DNA from: a virus
Lineage: Duplodnaviria; Caudoviricetes
Length of the DNA stretch: 56,211 nucleotides
Reading direction: 5' to 3' (one strand)
Virus record (IMG/VR): IMGVR_UViG_3300030101_003189
Coordinates: 1-56,211 of that record
The notes beneath the pieces were generated by a model, which searched no databases, was not told the DNA's origin, and worked only from the letters and a program-made list of their open reading frames with translations. How positions within the stretch are numbered: the first letter of the stretch is position 1; each line of letters begins with the position of its first letter. The translations under genes were made by a program, and so were the position numbers. Of the stretch, positions 9,897 through 19,184 are shown piece after piece.

Positions 9897-9933
9897 GTCC
9901 ACCTACGTGAAAACCTAGAACACGTAGGTGGAC
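9897..9933 (-). promoter_or_regulatory. 13-bp perfect hairpin in the polymerase leader
   Basis: GTCCACCTACGTG / CACGTAGGTGGAC with an 11-nt loop, 15 nt upstream of the pol start; no U-tract. Confidence 0.55.
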
Positions 9934-9975
9934 TCCCCCATTTCGTATTGCGGAACTCCTACCGCTTGACGAGAT

Positions 9976-10176
9976 TTATATTAGTTCAGGCTGAGATGCC
10001 TTTAGCTCCTTTAAGGTTTTGATCTGAGCTTTAAAAGCTTCACCTGTTGCCATCATCTTAATAGCAGAGAATTCTAACTCTTCTATTTTAGAAGTTATTT
10101 CTTCTCTAATTTTGCGTACTTGTATAAGTTCACTTTCAAGATGAGCTATCTTTGTATCTATATTAATATCACCCAT
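9976..10176 (-). CDS. Hypothetical coiled-coil protein
   Basis: 66 aa, within the replication operon. Confidence 0.6.
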   Translation of the reverse strand: MGDINIDTKIAHLESELIQVRKIREEITSKIEELEFSAIKMMATGEAFKAQIKTLKELKASQPELI

Positions 10177-10178
10177 AA

Positions 10179-10835
10179 TTATGCAGGTATAATTCTAGAT
10201 ACGAATTCAACAACTTGTGGATCGGTATCAACCTTAGTTACAGTCATTTGTGGTATGTACCAACTGACTCTGTTAGCTGTAGCTTGATCAGCCTGAAACT
10301 TCCAGTGTTTTGCACACAGTGGAGCATCTGGATTCATCGCTTGAAATAGTCCAAGTCTCTTGAACGTATTTCGGTATGCTGCTTTACGTACATGGATTTT
10401 ACCCATCGCATAAGAGGTTTCTCCTATGGGGAAAGGGAATGCGTCGGCAGCGTCCTCTCCAATATCCTCTGGTTCAGGGATAAGAAGTGTCACATCAGCA
10501 AACTCAATCGTACCAAATTCCGAATCCTCTGCTATTGCTTGTTTCTCATCTGCGGTGTAAGCAACTCTCGCTACTTCGTTTGAACCAAAAGGTACGTTTT
10601 CGGCCCACCCCTTTACTGCTGTGATTGGGATAACTGAAATAGTCCCCCCTGTTGGCATTATAGTGTGGGTTCTATTGATAACGAGCGCACCCTCGTCACC
10701 ATCGATTTCCGAAGATCCTTGTATAACATTAAGTCTTGGAATCTCGATATCTTCTGCTGATATCGCAAGCCTTGGAGCAGCTACTGGAGCTGCGAGTTTT
10801 TCTTTTTTAGCTTCTACTAATTTAGTTTTGGGCAT
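10179..10835 (-). CDS. Probable single-stranded DNA-binding / annealing protein
   Basis: EDIEIPRLNVIQ N-terminal motif and C-terminal SWYIP; lies between exonuclease and polymerase with an A-rich leader. Confidence 0.55.
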   Translation of the reverse strand: MPKTKLVEAKKEKLAAPVAAPRLAISAEDIEIPRLNVIQGSSEIDGDEGALVINRTHTIMPTGGTISVIPITAVKGWAENVPFGSNEVARVAYTADEKQAIAEDSEFGTIEFADVTLLIPEPEDIGEDAADAFPFPIGETSYAMGKIHVRKAAYRNTFKRLGLFQAMNPDAPLCAKHWKFQADQATANRVSWYIPQMTVTKVDTDPQVVEFVSRIIPA

Positions 10836-10873
10836 GGTCTTAGTTTTGGTCTTGGTCTTAGTTTTATTTTAGT

Positions 10874-11992
10874 TCAAGAAAGGGTAAACCTTTCCTCTGA
10901 CGTTTCTATAATGCCATTGTTTTCAACAGCGTCAAGAAAAGATCTTGATTTTTCTCCTTTTTCTCCTTTAGGAGCATTATCCCCCACAGCATTAGCTACT
11001 TTTTTGAGGGGGATACTAATCAAATTAAGTAAATCTTCTTGTTCTAAATCGTGCTCTTTTGCTATCTCTAAGAGTTTTATGTTGTCAGTACACTTACGAG
11101 TTGCTCCCATAGATCTAAGTTTCAAGTTTTGAAACTCCATTCCTTCTTTAGCCAAAGTAACTGCTTTTTCTTTTACCCTCTTTGCCCAATTCTCTACAAC
11201 TTTGGCTACAATATAAAGATGCTCTACTGTTTTAGGATCTGTAGGATCTTCTATATTTTCTTTAGGTAAATTATCTCCTGATATACGTTGTACTATTTCA
11301 ACTGCTAAACCACCAAGTGAAGGGCAATAATCTTCGTGTTTACAGAATCGGCAGTTAACCGAAGGAGAAAGTGCGTCTGCTTCTGGGAAACCACCATCCC
11401 ATTGAGGGCGCACTTTCTCCCCATTTCGTATTACGTCGGCTAGTTGCTTAACCAATAAGGGCAATTCCTCTCGTATAAATGTTCCTTCCAGTACTTCATT
11501 GCGTACAGGTATATAAAACACAAAAGTGATTTCATCAAGCTCTGGGTATTTTTGAAAAGCTCCAACCGTGTAAGCCCTTGCTTGCCAGTTACTTCTGGGT
11601 GGGTCTATTTCGCTGACACCTGTTTTGTAATCTGCTAGTATGGCTCTATTACCAAATGTAAGTAGTCTATCGCAAGTTCCCCACGTACTTGTAGAGTCAA
11701 GGTCAACATCTAGGAGAATCTCATTCTCTTCCTTGTACTCCTGCCCTTTAGCATAATTCTTGGTATACTCATCCTCTTGCTTGACGATTGCTTCATAGAT
11801 CATGACTTCGTCTTCATCGTGCAGGGCAGAGGGATCACGAACTTCTAGGGCTTCGTGAATACGAGTACCTTTTTCAGCAGCAGCGTTTGTACCTGATCGT
11901 CCTTCGTAACCAGAACAACCTGCTACGTACTTGAGACTTGATGGCGAGAAAGGAGCGTGTCCTCTGCTGCTATGATCTGGTTGGCTGTCCAT
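10874..11992 (-). CDS. DUF2800-like PD-(D/E)XK exonuclease
   Basis: HAPFSPSS...C, AAEKGTRIHE, WGTCD, DYKTG, QARAY, CRFC...CP. Confidence 0.85.
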   Translation of the reverse strand: MDSQPDHSSRGHAPFSPSSLKYVAGCSGYEGRSGTNAAAEKGTRIHEALEVRDPSALHDEDEVMIYEAIVKQEDEYTKNYAKGQEYKEENEILLDVDLDSTSTWGTCDRLLTFGNRAILADYKTGVSEIDPPRSNWQARAYTVGAFQKYPELDEITFVFYIPVRNEVLEGTFIREELPLLVKQLADVIRNGEKVRPQWDGGFPEADALSPSVNCRFCKHEDYCPSLGGLAVEIVQRISGDNLPKENIEDPTDPKTVEHLYIVAKVVENWAKRVKEKAVTLAKEGMEFQNLKLRSMGATRKCTDNIKLLEIAKEHDLEQEDLLNLISIPLKKVANAVGDNAPKGEKGEKSRSFLDAVENNGIIETSEERFTLS

Positions 11993-12545
11993 GATGGGTA
12001 AATTCTTTGTGTAGTGAGGCTCTTAACTCTCTGAGTGCTTGTATAGCCTTTGCTTTTCCTTCTTCTGTATAAGGATATTTAGACGTAGGATATCGTTTAC
12101 CATTATGATCTACTACACCTACATATACTTTATGGTAGGAACCGTCTTTTCTTTTAAACCTTGGCTCTCGTAGTCCTTTTACTCCTGTTTTACTTTTTGC
12201 TTCCCAACGGTTTGCTTGGTTTTGACTGTTAGTACACTCCCTTAAATTTTCTATTCTATCATCTAAAGTATTACCATTTATATGGTCAATCATTTTTTTA
12301 GTATCACCTTTAAACATTGCCCATACAACTCTAGCTCTATAATATTCTAACCTTTTGTATTTTAGCCTCCATCTTGTTCTCCTACCCCTTTCGCTACTAC
12401 CTTGTGATGGACTATATAAACAACCTGCAACGTCACCTACTTTCTTTCTTCCTCTACTTACTTTGTAATACAAAACTCCATCTCTATACTCAAGTATATC
12501 TAAAAAATCTTGTGGTATAGGCTTTGCTATTTCTTTACACTCCAT
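11970..12545 (-). CDS. Free-standing HNH homing endonuclease
   Basis: IDHINGNTLDDRIENLRECTNSQNQAN HNH motif followed by an SKTGVKG AP2-like C-terminus; overlaps both neighbours. Confidence 0.9.
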   Translation of the reverse strand: MECKEIAKPIPQDFLDILEYRDGVLYYKVSRGRKKVGDVAGCLYSPSQGSSERGRRTRWRLKYKRLEYYRARVVWAMFKGDTKKMIDHINGNTLDDRIENLRECTNSQNQANRWEAKSKTGVKGLREPRFKRKDGSYHKVYVGVVDHNGKRYPTSKYPYTEEGKAKAIQALRELRASLHKEFTHHGQPTRS

Positions 12546-13830
12546 GTAACTCCGTTAGGTTATTTATTTTTCTTTCTATTGAGTCTATAACATTTTCTTC
12601 TATAGACCCTGACGTAACTAAAACTTTTTGTATAGCGTCAGACTTTGCACCATTACGGTGGATACGTCCTAAAGTTTGGAGGTAGTCTTTAGCATTGAAA
12701 GAAGGACATATCAAACTAACTCTTGGTCTATCCCCATTACAATCATGTAATGATAGTCCAGTACCCCCTGCTGCAATGTTAGCAACAACAATAGTTGATT
12801 CATCATTTTGAAATTCGTCTACGATTGCTTGTCGTTCTTCTACTGTCTGACCCCCTTGAATTGCTTTACAATTAAGTTGTTTACATAAAGCTTCTACAGT
12901 ATCTCTAAAGTTCACAAACAATACTACAGAGTTTCCTTGCTCTTCTAAGTCTTGAGCATAAGCCACTAAATCAGGAACTTTCATTGCTTCGGTTAACTGT
13001 CTTGCTCGTAAGATATTTACGATCACATGTTCACTGTCATCTACAGTGCCATTTTCTATTAAGTCAGTAATTATTTGGGGAGTTAGTCCTAACTTCTCAT
13101 ATATTTTTATTATCTTTTTAGAGTCTGAAAATTGCATAGGCTCTACAAAAACTCTGTTATTTCTAAAAGAATCAGGAAAGTCTAAGATAGTTAACTTTGC
13201 TGCTACAGAACCATATATTTTATCGTGTAATTTTTTTAATGTTTTATTAGAACCCATACGCCAACCGTTCCATTCATCTTGGTAACAACCATAAGATTTC
13301 ATCCAAGCAAACCAATTATATAAACCGTTTTCTGATTTAGCGAGGCTATGTAATCCTAACATATAACCAATAGATCTCATTTCTGTAGGATCTTCACAGG
13401 CAGTCGCTGACATACCATGCACTAAAAAGTTTTGCTTTACTAAGCTTATAATAAGTTGTGCGTTTTGTGTGTATGGTCCTTTACATTTATGTATCTCATC
13501 AACTAAAAACAAAGTATTCTTAGGCACTTTCCAATTCATTATCTTCTTACCTCTTTTAGACATGTGTGGGGTATTGCCTGTCCTTACCTTTTCAAAATTC
13601 AATACAAATATAGGATCAATACCTACTTCCTTTAATTCTCTTTCCCATGAAGGAATCACTGCTTTAGGACACATAACAGCTACAGGACGTTCTAAACGTA
13701 ACGCTAAATGGGATGCGACTACTGTTTTTCCAGTACCAACAGAGCTAGAATCTAGAGTGTTTTTATTTTCTCTTAGTTTTTCTTCAAAGAAATCAGCCAC
13801 TTTGGACTGAGCGGGGAATAGGTTTTTCAT
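12535..13830 (-). CDS. Superfamily 2 helicase
   Basis: Q-motif FPAQ, GTGKT, DEIH, SAT, AGGTGLSL, QTLGRIHR. Confidence 0.9.
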   Translation of the reverse strand: MKNLFPAQSKVADFFEEKLRENKNTLDSSSVGTGKTVVASHLALRLERPVAVMCPKAVIPSWERELKEVGIDPIFVLNFEKVRTGNTPHMSKRGKKIMNWKVPKNTLFLVDEIHKCKGPYTQNAQLIISLVKQNFLVHGMSATACEDPTEMRSIGYMLGLHSLAKSENGLYNWFAWMKSYGCYQDEWNGWRMGSNKTLKKLHDKIYGSVAAKLTILDFPDSFRNNRVFVEPMQFSDSKKIIKIYEKLGLTPQIITDLIENGTVDDSEHVIVNILRARQLTEAMKVPDLVAYAQDLEEQGNSVVLFVNFRDTVEALCKQLNCKAIQGGQTVEERQAIVDEFQNDESTIVVANIAAGGTGLSLHDCNGDRPRVSLICPSFNAKDYLQTLGRIHRNGAKSDAIQKVLVTSGSIEENVIDSIERKINNLTELHGV

Positions 13831-13837
13831 TTAAGAC

Positions 13838-13865
13838 ATAGTAAAAGAACTTGAATTGAAGGCAA
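13838..13865 (-). promoter_or_regulatory. Sigma70-like promoter for the replication operon (leaderless)
   Basis: TTGCCT-N16-TACTAT-N7-ATG. Confidence 0.5.
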
Positions 13866-13875
13866 GGAAAACTTT

Positions 13876-14382
13876 CTACAATTTATCATACCCTAATAAA
13901 GCATGACTTTTCCGTATGTATCTAGCTATCAGAAAAGCGTCTACCATACCATCGTGAGGTTTAGAACAACGTTTACTTTTTAACCAACATTCTTCAGGAG
14001 CTAACATGTTAGCTGCTCCTAATGCAGCTTTTTTTGTATCATAAGGTGGGGATAACTGACCTAACATAGCCTTTTGCCAGTTACGTACTTTGACACATCT
14101 TACATCCCACTGCCTACTCTCAGCTAGTCCTAATAGTTTGCCGAACGATATCGCCATAGACCTAACAGCTTGTGAACTCTTTGCATGGTGCAATGGCTCT
14201 TCAATAGCAAAGATAAAATCTGATTCAAGTGCCATGACCCATTCATAAACTTTACGAGTATCAGTTTCTCGTTTCTTACACCGATGAAGTGTAGGCATCA
14301 CTGTCTTATCAATGATACCTCCTGTTGTTTTTGATATGGCGACTAACCCACCGTTGAGTCCGTTATCAACTCCTATGATCAC
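13876..14382 (-). CDS. RuvC-like Holliday junction resolvase
   Basis: IIGVDNG, AIEE, WQK, HDGMVDAFLIA acidic tetrad. Confidence 0.85.
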   Translation of the reverse strand: MIIGVDNGLNGGLVAISKTTGGIIDKTVMPTLHRCKKRETDTRKVYEWVMALESDFIFAIEEPLHHAKSSQAVRSMAISFGKLLGLAESRQWDVRCVKVRNWQKAMLGQLSPPYDTKKAALGAANMLAPEECWLKSKRCSKPHDGMVDAFLIARYIRKSHALLGYDKL

Positions 14383-14650
14383 AATGTTCTATAGCTTTAG
14401 CAGAAAGTATTACACCATCTCCTTCTTCTGGTATTAAAGCATCTACATTTGGGACAAGCATCTGTATATAAAATACTTCTCTTGCTGAGTTAGGTATTAC
14501 TCTGTAGTAAGTACCAGACCTACGCTCTACAATATATGTAAAGTCTTTACCCATTTCCTTACGAACCATAACACAGGGGTTTTCTTCAACCTTCCTGTCT
14601 TCAAACATCACTCCGATAGATCGTCTAAGAAACATGGCGTACCCTCCCAA
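14366..14650 (-). CDS. Hypothetical protein
   Basis: In the operon; true start may be MFEDRK at ~14608. Confidence 0.55.
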   Translation of the reverse strand: MGGYAMFLRRSIGVMFEDRKVEENPCVMVRKEMGKDFTYIVERRSGTYYRVIPNSAREVFYIQMLVPNVDALIPEEGDGVILSAKAIEHCDHRS

Positions 14651-14880
14651 AAATTTGTTTGTAGGTATTCATATTCATATCTTTCAAAAGCTTGTTGTTT
14701 TGTAAGGTTGTAATTTTTTTGTAGCAAATCTATTGTCATTTGTTTTGAATAACAAGCAACAGGAGGTCTACCATATTGTTCTACTGTTCCTATATAAGCA
14801 TCTTCTAACCCGCTAAATAAAAGAACAGGTTTATCAATATCTTCTTTGGTTTCAGGGTTTGTCATCGTTTGGCTCAACAT
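14608..14880 (-). CDS. Conserved hypothetical phage protein (paralog of 5672..5938)
   Basis: SGLEDAYIG...VACYS...AFERYEY...TP motif. Confidence 0.7.
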   Translation of the reverse strand: MLSQTMTNPETKEDIDKPVLLFSGLEDAYIGTVEQYGRPPVACYSKQMTIDLLQKNYNLTKQQAFERYEYEYLQTNFWEGTPCFLDDLSE

Positions 14881-15472
14881 CTATTATATTATTTCTGTTT
14901 ACCTTAACAGACCCGTCTCCACGATCTGCTTTTGCGTTATTTAAAATACTAATGTCTATTTGTAGTTTCCCTGAACCTCCTGCTGTCTTTGCATTTAATC
15001 CTAAATTCCTACGGATTAATTGATCTAACTCAGATAATTCTTTTACTGTTCTCGGACCTCTTAAATTTTTAATACTATCTCGCAATAGTTTTATTGCAGA
15101 AGCAGCCATATACGATTGGTACTTATCGGCTGGTGACGATTGAGATTGAGCTATATCCATTAGGTTTTTATCTTCTTCAATACGAGCTTCTAGTTTAGCT
15201 TCTCGTATTGCTTCATCTGTTTTACCTTCAAGATTATCATCTAAAGTAGCTTGCAAAGGATCTTTATCCTCTACTTCTTCCTCTTCCTCTTTTAAGGATG
15301 GGTTGTTAGCATGAGGATCTTTTTTAGGTTTAGCTCCTGCATCCCTCAACCATCTACGCAATGTAGACACATTGATACCTAACTCCTTCGCAATAGTAAC
15401 AAGTTTATATTGCTGCTCATACATTTCGAGAGCATGTTTAAGCAACTTGGATTTTTTAGATTTATAAGCCAA
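14852..15472 (-). CDS. HTH DNA-binding protein, probable terminase small subunit
   Basis: IAKELGINVSTLRRWL helix-turn-helix, helical core and a terminal IIDVE; adjacent to but divergent from terL. Confidence 0.55.
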   Translation of the reverse strand: MAYKSKKSKLLKHALEMYEQQYKLVTIAKELGINVSTLRRWLRDAGAKPKKDPHANNPSLKEEEEEVEDKDPLQATLDDNLEGKTDEAIREAKLEARIEEDKNLMDIAQSQSSPADKYQSYMAASAIKLLRDSIKNLRGPRTVKELSELDQLIRRNLGLNAKTAGGSGKLQIDISILNNAKADRGDGSVKVNRNNIIDVEPNDDKP

Positions 15473-15515
15473 AGCACTTAATATATACTATATTTTTACA
15501 TATCTTTCAAATTAA

Positions 15516-17285
15516 ATGACACAGACCTTACGGATATACGAACCAAGGATAGATGATAAAACATCTAAGATGGATGTGGGAGGTATGTCTATAAGCGCAA
15601 CAAATACAGTAACTGCTTTATTATATGGACTAGCAAATCACAAAAGTGACAAGGCACGAGAATATTATTTTTGGAGGTTGTGCGATGAACTTTGGAATCA
15701 TGACGAGCTTCCTGAACCCTTAATGGTAAAACATCCTTGGGCAGAAAGCATGATACAAGCTGTTATAAAAAATAAGTATGTGTCTATTGGAGGGGCTGCT
15801 TCATCAGGTAAGTCACATACTATGGCTGCATGGGGTATCTTGAACTGGTTAGCTGCGCCAAGAGATACGCTCGTTCTACTAACATCGACTACGTTACGTG
15901 AGGCAAGGAAAAGGATATGGGGTTCGGTTATTAGTTTACTAACAGTTTTAGAAGGTGCGCCATTTAAAATAAGAGATTCTATAGGTAACGTCGCTTACGT
16001 AAATGAGAATGGAACTCTGATAGAGAAAGCTGGTTTGAGTTTGATTGCAGCAGAACGTAGTAAGACAAGGGAAGCTGTCGGTAAGTTTATCGGTATCAAA
16101 CAAAAGAATGTTATACTGATTGCAGATGAGCTTTCTGAATTGTCTACCGCTATACTGCAAGCAGGTTTATCTAACTTATCAAAAAACCCATCGTTTAGTT
16201 TAGTTGGTTTATCAAACCCTGCTTCTCGTTGGGATGCTTTTGGCGAATGGAGTGAACCAGCAAAGGGTTGGGATTCTATTGATCCTAACACCGAGGATAG
16301 TTGGAAAACAAAATGGGGTGGTCTTTACGAAAGGTATGATGGGGAACGTTCTCCTAACATACTGGCTGGCGAAACAGTGTACCCTTGGTTACCCACAAAA
16401 GAAAAAATCGATGAGGATAAAGCACTTCTTGGTCAAGAGAGTAGAGGATACTATCGAATGGTACGTGCTGTGTTCTTTGATTCTGATGAATCAGACGGAG
16501 TGTACTCTGACGCAGAATTAGTCAAATCAGGAGCTATGAGTAGTATAGAATGGGAAGGAACTCCTACACCTATTGCTGGTTGCGACCCCGCCTTTACAAA
16601 CGGAGGTGACCGAACCATCTTGTATACAGGACACGTTGGTTATGATAAGTCTGGTCAGTTTGTTTGCCAACTTGAGGAAGCGATATCACTTAGTGACGAT
16701 GCCACCAACAAAGCCGTCCCCCGATCTTACCAGATTGTTCAGCAGATAAAGGACGAGTGCAAGAAGAGGAAGATACTCCCAGCCAATTTAGGAATCGACT
16801 CCACAGGTGCGGGTAGTCCTTTGGCTGATATTCTTGCTGCTGAGTTTGGTGATGATATTCTTCGTGTTTCATTTGGTGGAAAAGCCTCTGACAAGCGAGT
16901 TAGTACTAATAGTAAACTGGTAGGTAATGAACTATATGTCAATCGTGTTACTGAACTTTGGTTTGTGGGTAAAGAATTTTGTAGAACTAAGCAGTTGTTT
17001 GGTATTACAAATGAATTAGCTCAAGAAGTTGTAGGTCGTAAGTACGATATGGTTAAAGGATCTACCCTTAGAATGAAGCTTGAATCCAAGCCAGAATACA
17101 AAAATAGGTTAGGAAAATCTCCTGACTTAGCTGATGCTGCCTTTATCTGTATTGATGTCGCAAGGCAACGTCATGGTCTTGTTGCTGTAGAGCCTCTTGA
17201 TTTAGGAGACAAGGCACAGGGATCAAGGCGCAGGAGGTCTATGAAACAACTTACAAATGTACTTGCTAATGATCCTTTAGGTTAG
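15516..17285 (+). CDS. terL: Terminase large subunit
   Basis: GAASSGKS Walker A, LIADE Walker B, LSNP motif C; nuclease domain GCDPA, IDSTG, SPDLADA. Confidence 0.92.
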   Translation: MTQTLRIYEPRIDDKTSKMDVGGMSISATNTVTALLYGLANHKSDKAREYYFWRLCDELWNHDELPEPLMVKHPWAESMIQAVIKNKYVSIGGAASSGKSHTMAAWGILNWLAAPRDTLVLLTSTTLREARKRIWGSVISLLTVLEGAPFKIRDSIGNVAYVNENGTLIEKAGLSLIAAERSKTREAVGKFIGIKQKNVILIADELSELSTAILQAGLSNLSKNPSFSLVGLSNPASRWDAFGEWSEPAKGWDSIDPNTEDSWKTKWGGLYERYDGERSPNILAGETVYPWLPTKEKIDEDKALLGQESRGYYRMVRAVFFDSDESDGVYSDAELVKSGAMSSIEWEGTPTPIAGCDPAFTNGGDRTILYTGHVGYDKSGQFVCQLEEAISLSDDATNKAVPRSYQIVQQIKDECKKRKILPANLGIDSTGAGSPLADILAAEFGDDILRVSFGGKASDKRVSTNSKLVGNELYVNRVTELWFVGKEFCRTKQLFGITNELAQEVVGRKYDMVKGSTLRMKLESKPEYKNRLGKSPDLADAAFICIDVARQRHGLVAVEPLDLGDKAQGSRRRRSMKQLTNVLANDPLG

Positions 17286-17331
17286 ATTTGAGCGGTTGCC
17301 TTTACCTGAAAAAGCTGTAAATTTATAGGAT

Positions 17332-19182
17332 ATGGCACGTACAGTAAACCCGAAAAAACCGTCTTTAGTTGCTGAATCAGGAGAATTTGAATGGTCACCT
17401 ATCGAGGGCGTTTTAATAAAAGTAACCCCTGAAGGTAGAATTTTATTTAAAGACATCGCTACAGGTAAAATAACAGGCGATAAACCTGTTAAAAAGGGAG
17501 GTGTTGATATTTACAAATTAGGGGTATCCGCTAAACCACCAAGTATTACAAAATCTGTGGGAGCCAGTGCATTCCCAATGACCCCTTCAGGAAGTGAAAT
17601 AGCGTCTTACAATGCATGGAAATCTAAAATTACTCCTGCTATTAATAAAGCAATCGAAAATTACAAAAATAGTCCTGAAGGTAAAAAAGCCCAAAAAAAT
17701 GCGGAGGTTTTAAAGAAACAAGGGTTACAAAAATCCCCTGTCGTTGGTGAGTATATGAAAGAAGGCATTGAGGGGGTATACAAACTTAGAGATGAGGGCA
17801 ATATTGATTTTTCTGGGGGTACTGATAAAAGCACAGGTCAACAAATAGCTCCAATGAGAACAGACTCTGGAGGAGTTTTTACTGAAGAAGGAAGGGGTAG
17901 AGGGGACCGTAAAGAGGGGTTTCGTTTAAAATCGCCCGAAGAAAGAAAACGTATAATAGCAGAATCAGACGCTGCTTCGGGAATACCTGAAGGTGAAACT
18001 ATAAAACCGAGTGGTGTAACGTCTGCACAAGATATACCAACAAGAAAAGAATCTGATATGCAATTAAATCAAATAAGCCGTTCACCTGCGGGGACTAGTC
18101 TAGCTTTAGACCCATCAGGGAATTTAGTTAGCACAGCCCCCAAACTTGATTTTGATGACCAAGGCAACATGGTTTCTAAAATAGGTGGTGTGGAACCCCC
18201 AACACCTAATAAAATAGCTTCTAGTATTAAACAAGCTGTTGCTACTAAGAAAGGTACTTCTACAAGCACAACACCTACAAACACAACAGCTACCAGCACA
18301 ACATCAAAACCCTCTGGTAAAGGTATGAGTTTAGGGTCAGGTTCTTCATTAGATTATCTTAGGTCTGAGGAAGAGGTAGCAGCACGTAATAAAGAAGTTA
18401 GGGACCGTATGGGGAAAGAACAAAAAAGTAGAAGACTCGATGCGGAGGCTAGATTCAGAGAGCGTAGAGATTTTATAGAGCAAGGCAAAAAGATAGAAGA
18501 CCCCAACTTAATTAAAGATCAAGGGGGTCGAGAATTAGGTAGAGTTATAAAAGACCGAACAGGTAAAATTGTAGGTAGTTCTTTAAATAAATTAGGGAGG
18601 AAAGCTCTAGGTAATAGGCAAGGAATGGGTGTTGTAGAGGGGGGTGTTCCCGATGCATCTAAGTTTGAGGGTACTCCTACAGAAAAAACATTACAGGCAC
18701 TACGTGCTATGGATACAAGAGATCAAGGTATAAAGAACATAACAGACACTCAAAAAGATGTTACTAAAATGTTTTACGGAGGGTTAGATTCTAAACAACA
18801 AGCAAGAGTAAACAGAGCTTCTCAAAGGAGCGTACCTTTAGAAACTCCAAAAGAATCTCCTTTTGAATTTCAAGGTGATAAGAACAAAGCTCCTTTAATG
18901 GGCAGCCCCTCAGTAGGTAATATACCAACAGCTCCTAACAATCTTGCAGGGCGTAATGCGTTGAACAACATGATAAAAACCGCTAGGCAAAAAAGGACAG
19001 AAGGTTATAATTTCGACCCAGAGGTAGAAAATATGCTTCAAAAAAATGAGGCTAAACGAGCTGAAGAAGAAGATAGAATGATTAGTATAGTCGAGTCAGG
19101 AGAGCCTATGGACGATAGGCAACTCAACGAAGAATACGATAAAATTTTTAAAAAAGGTAGGAAAATAAGAAAAGGACTATAA
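17332..19182 (+). CDS. Low-complexity putative internal virion protein
   Basis: 616 aa rich in K/G/S/T; first of three genes ending in the giant protein; preceded by TTGCCT-N16-TAAATT. Confidence 0.5.
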   Translation: MARTVNPKKPSLVAESGEFEWSPIEGVLIKVTPEGRILFKDIATGKITGDKPVKKGGVDIYKLGVSAKPPSITKSVGASAFPMTPSGSEIASYNAWKSKITPAINKAIENYKNSPEGKKAQKNAEVLKKQGLQKSPVVGEYMKEGIEGVYKLRDEGNIDFSGGTDKSTGQQIAPMRTDSGGVFTEEGRGRGDRKEGFRLKSPEERKRIIAESDAASGIPEGETIKPSGVTSAQDIPTRKESDMQLNQISRSPAGTSLALDPSGNLVSTAPKLDFDDQGNMVSKIGGVEPPTPNKIASSIKQAVATKKGTSTSTTPTNTTATSTTSKPSGKGMSLGSGSSLDYLRSEEEVAARNKEVRDRMGKEQKSRRLDAEARFRERRDFIEQGKKIEDPNLIKDQGGRELGRVIKDRTGKIVGSSLNKLGRKALGNRQGMGVVEGGVPDASKFEGTPTEKTLQALRAMDTRDQGIKNITDTQKDVTKMFYGGLDSKQQARVNRASQRSVPLETPKESPFEFQGDKNKAPLMGSPSVGNIPTAPNNLAGRNALNNMIKTARQKRTEGYNFDPEVENMLQKNEAKRAEEEDRMISIVESGEPMDDRQLNEEYDKIFKKGRKIRKGL

Positions 19183-19184
19183 AT

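Noticed and set aside
10837-10866. GGTCTTAGTTTT duplication upstream of the SSB-like gene as a special element
   Set aside because: Most simply an A-rich, low-complexity translation leader on the minus strand.
10874-11992. Cas4 / CRISPR adaptation gene
   Set aside because: The Cys cluster and PD-(D/E)XK motifs also define DUF2800-type phage exonucleases, and the context is a replication operon.
11970-12545. Group I intron-encoded endonuclease
   Set aside because: The HNH ORF overlaps both flanking genes, leaving no room for an intron core, and both neighbours look intact.
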